The notes beneath the pieces were generated by a model. The model was not told where the DNA came from and ran no database searches. It saw only the letters and a program-made list of their open reading frames with translations. From Gammaproteobacteria bacterium (GTDB lineage Bacteria > Pseudomonadota > Gammaproteobacteria > Eutrophobiales > Eutrophobiaceae), in NCBI GenBank assembly GCA_963422205.2, contig CAXMWX010000009.1, positions 128,001-192,000 of the forward strand: a stretch of 64,000 nucleotides of DNA. Reading direction: 5' to 3'. Below, in pieces: positions 62,731 to 64,000 of this stretch. The translations under genes and the position numbers were made by a program. Each line of letters opens with the position of its first letter. Position 1 is the first letter of the stretch.

Positions 62731-63668
62731 CCCCGCTTGTCGGCCAGCAGATCCATCAACTGACCGCCGATATCCAGACCATACAGGGCATCCAGTTCTC
62801 GTATGCAGGTGGGGCTGGTGACGTTGATCTCGGTTAAATACTCGCCAATCACGTCCAGCCCGACGAACACCAGGCCCATGGCTTTTAGGCGGGGGCCGAC
62901 CTGCTGGCAAATCCAGCGATCATGGGCAGACAGGGCAACGCCTTCGCCGTGTCCGCCGGCGGCCAGGTTGCCACGACTCTCGCCCGGCCTTGGGATGCGC
63001 GCCAGGGCGTAGTCCAGGGGCTGCCCGTCCAGCAATAAAATACGTTTATCGCCAGCGCTGATCTCCGGTATGAATTTTTGCGCCATGGCGAACCGGGAGG
63101 CATGTGCTGTGACTGTTTCAATGATGACATTGGTATTCAGATCGCCCGCATTGATCCTGAACACAGAAGCACCGCCCATGCCGCCCAGCGGCTTTAATAC
63201 GATCTGTTTATGCTCGGCAAGAAATGCCTTGATGCGCCAGGCCGACCGGCTGATCAGCGTGGGGGCGATACAGTGTGGAAACTGTTTGATGAAAAATTTC
63301 TCGTTGACCGTACGCAGGCTGGCGGGATTGTTGACGATCAGGGTGCCTGCCGCTGCCACATATTCCAGCAGGTAGCTGGCATAGATATACTCCATGTCAA
63401 ACGGCGGGTCTTTACGCATGAGAATGATATCAAGCTCGGCCAGTGCGATATCTGTCTCATCGATAAATTCATGCCAGCACTGAAGGTCGGCCATCACCTT
63501 GAGCCGTCTCGCCATCGCCCTTGGTACATCAGCGGCAAATGTCAAATCGCCCAGTTCCATGTAGAACAACTCCCAGCCACGTGATTGTGCCGCCAGCAGC
63601 ATCGCCAGGCTGCTATCTTTGTGGTAATTGATCCCGGCAATGGGATCCATAATGATGCCCAGCTTCAT
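62727..63668 (-). CDS. gshB: Glutathione synthetase
   Basis: IMDPI...KDSS, MRKDPPFD, GMGG, RGNLAAGG, EINVTSPT. Confidence 0.97.
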   Translation of the reverse strand: MKLGIIMDPIAGINYHKDSSLAMLLAAQSRGWELFYMELGDLTFAADVPRAMARRLKVMADLQCWHEFIDETDIALAELDIILMRKDPPFDMEYIYASYLLEYVAAAGTLIVNNPASLRTVNEKFFIKQFPHCIAPTLISRSAWRIKAFLAEHKQIVLKPLGGMGGASVFRINAGDLNTNVIIETVTAHASRFAMAQKFIPEISAGDKRILLLDGQPLDYALARIPRPGESRGNLAAGGHGEGVALSAHDRWICQQVGPRLKAMGLVFVGLDVIGEYLTEINVTSPTCIRELDALYGLDIGGQLMDLLADKRG

Positions 63669-63767
63669 CGGCTTGCTGTGCGTATGTCAGTTTTCCGGTT
63701 GAGGTGCTGGCGTTTCGGCATTAGTGTAAGCATGATGGCGGGGACATGGTAAGAGTCTATCGTAATC

Positions 63768-64000
63768 ATGCCAAAGAAAACATTACGTATCGTCAGTCGG
63801 GAAAGCCCGCTTGCTCTATGGCAGGCGGGCCATGTCCGCACGCATTTACTGACCCACCACCCGGGGCTTGAGATCAGCATTATCGGCATCAGCACAGCCG
63901 CCGATCGTTTTCTTGACCGAAGCCTGGCAAGCATGGGCGGTAAAGGCGTGTTTGTGAAAGAGCTGGAACAGGCCCTCCTGGCGGGCGATGCAGACATGGC
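63768..64000 (+). CDS. hemC: Porphobilinogen deaminase (5' part; runs off the window)
   Basis: Manual translation [20 protein letters not shown]...[15 protein letters not shown]. Confidence 0.93.
   Translation, partial: MPKKTLRIVSRESPLALWQAGHVRTHLLTHHPGLEISIIGISTAADRFLDRSLASMGGKGVFVKELEQALLAGDADM

Overview
A gammaproteobacterial chromosomal region. The GC-rich housekeeping backbone carries ntrBC, hemB, plsC, gmhB, glyQS, rpmB/rpmG, radC, coaBC, algC, slmA, pyrE, xth, yggT-proC-yggS, pilT/pilU/pilU-like, pyrK-pyrC'-pyrB-pyrR, yqgF-yqgE-tonB-gshB and hemC. It is interrupted by several accessory pieces. (1) A ~14 kb, more AT-rich catabolic island (32.9-46.5 kb). Its three transcription units share one 45-bp LysR-type operator/promoter motif that can be read directly in the sequence. 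It encodes a TonB receptor, periplasmic DUF885 and amidohydrolase, an NRAMP-like transporter, a three-subunit flavin dehydrogenase, a DapA-like lyase, RidA and VOC. (2) A decayed two-methylase restriction-modification locus. (3) Two unrelated, divergent uracil-DNA-glycosylase-superfamily genes inserted into conserved loci. (4) A PD-(D/E)XK-like nuclease, a small hypothetical gene and a hicB remnant. (5) Two paralogous Gld-like ABC/DUF4340 clusters. (6) An orphan pqqA, missed by the ORF track, with a sigma-54-like promoter. A single-base homopolymer frameshift in the essential glyS shows the assembly has indel errors, so pseudogene calls based only on frameshifts are uncertain. All family assignments come from motif recognition by eye; no searches were run.
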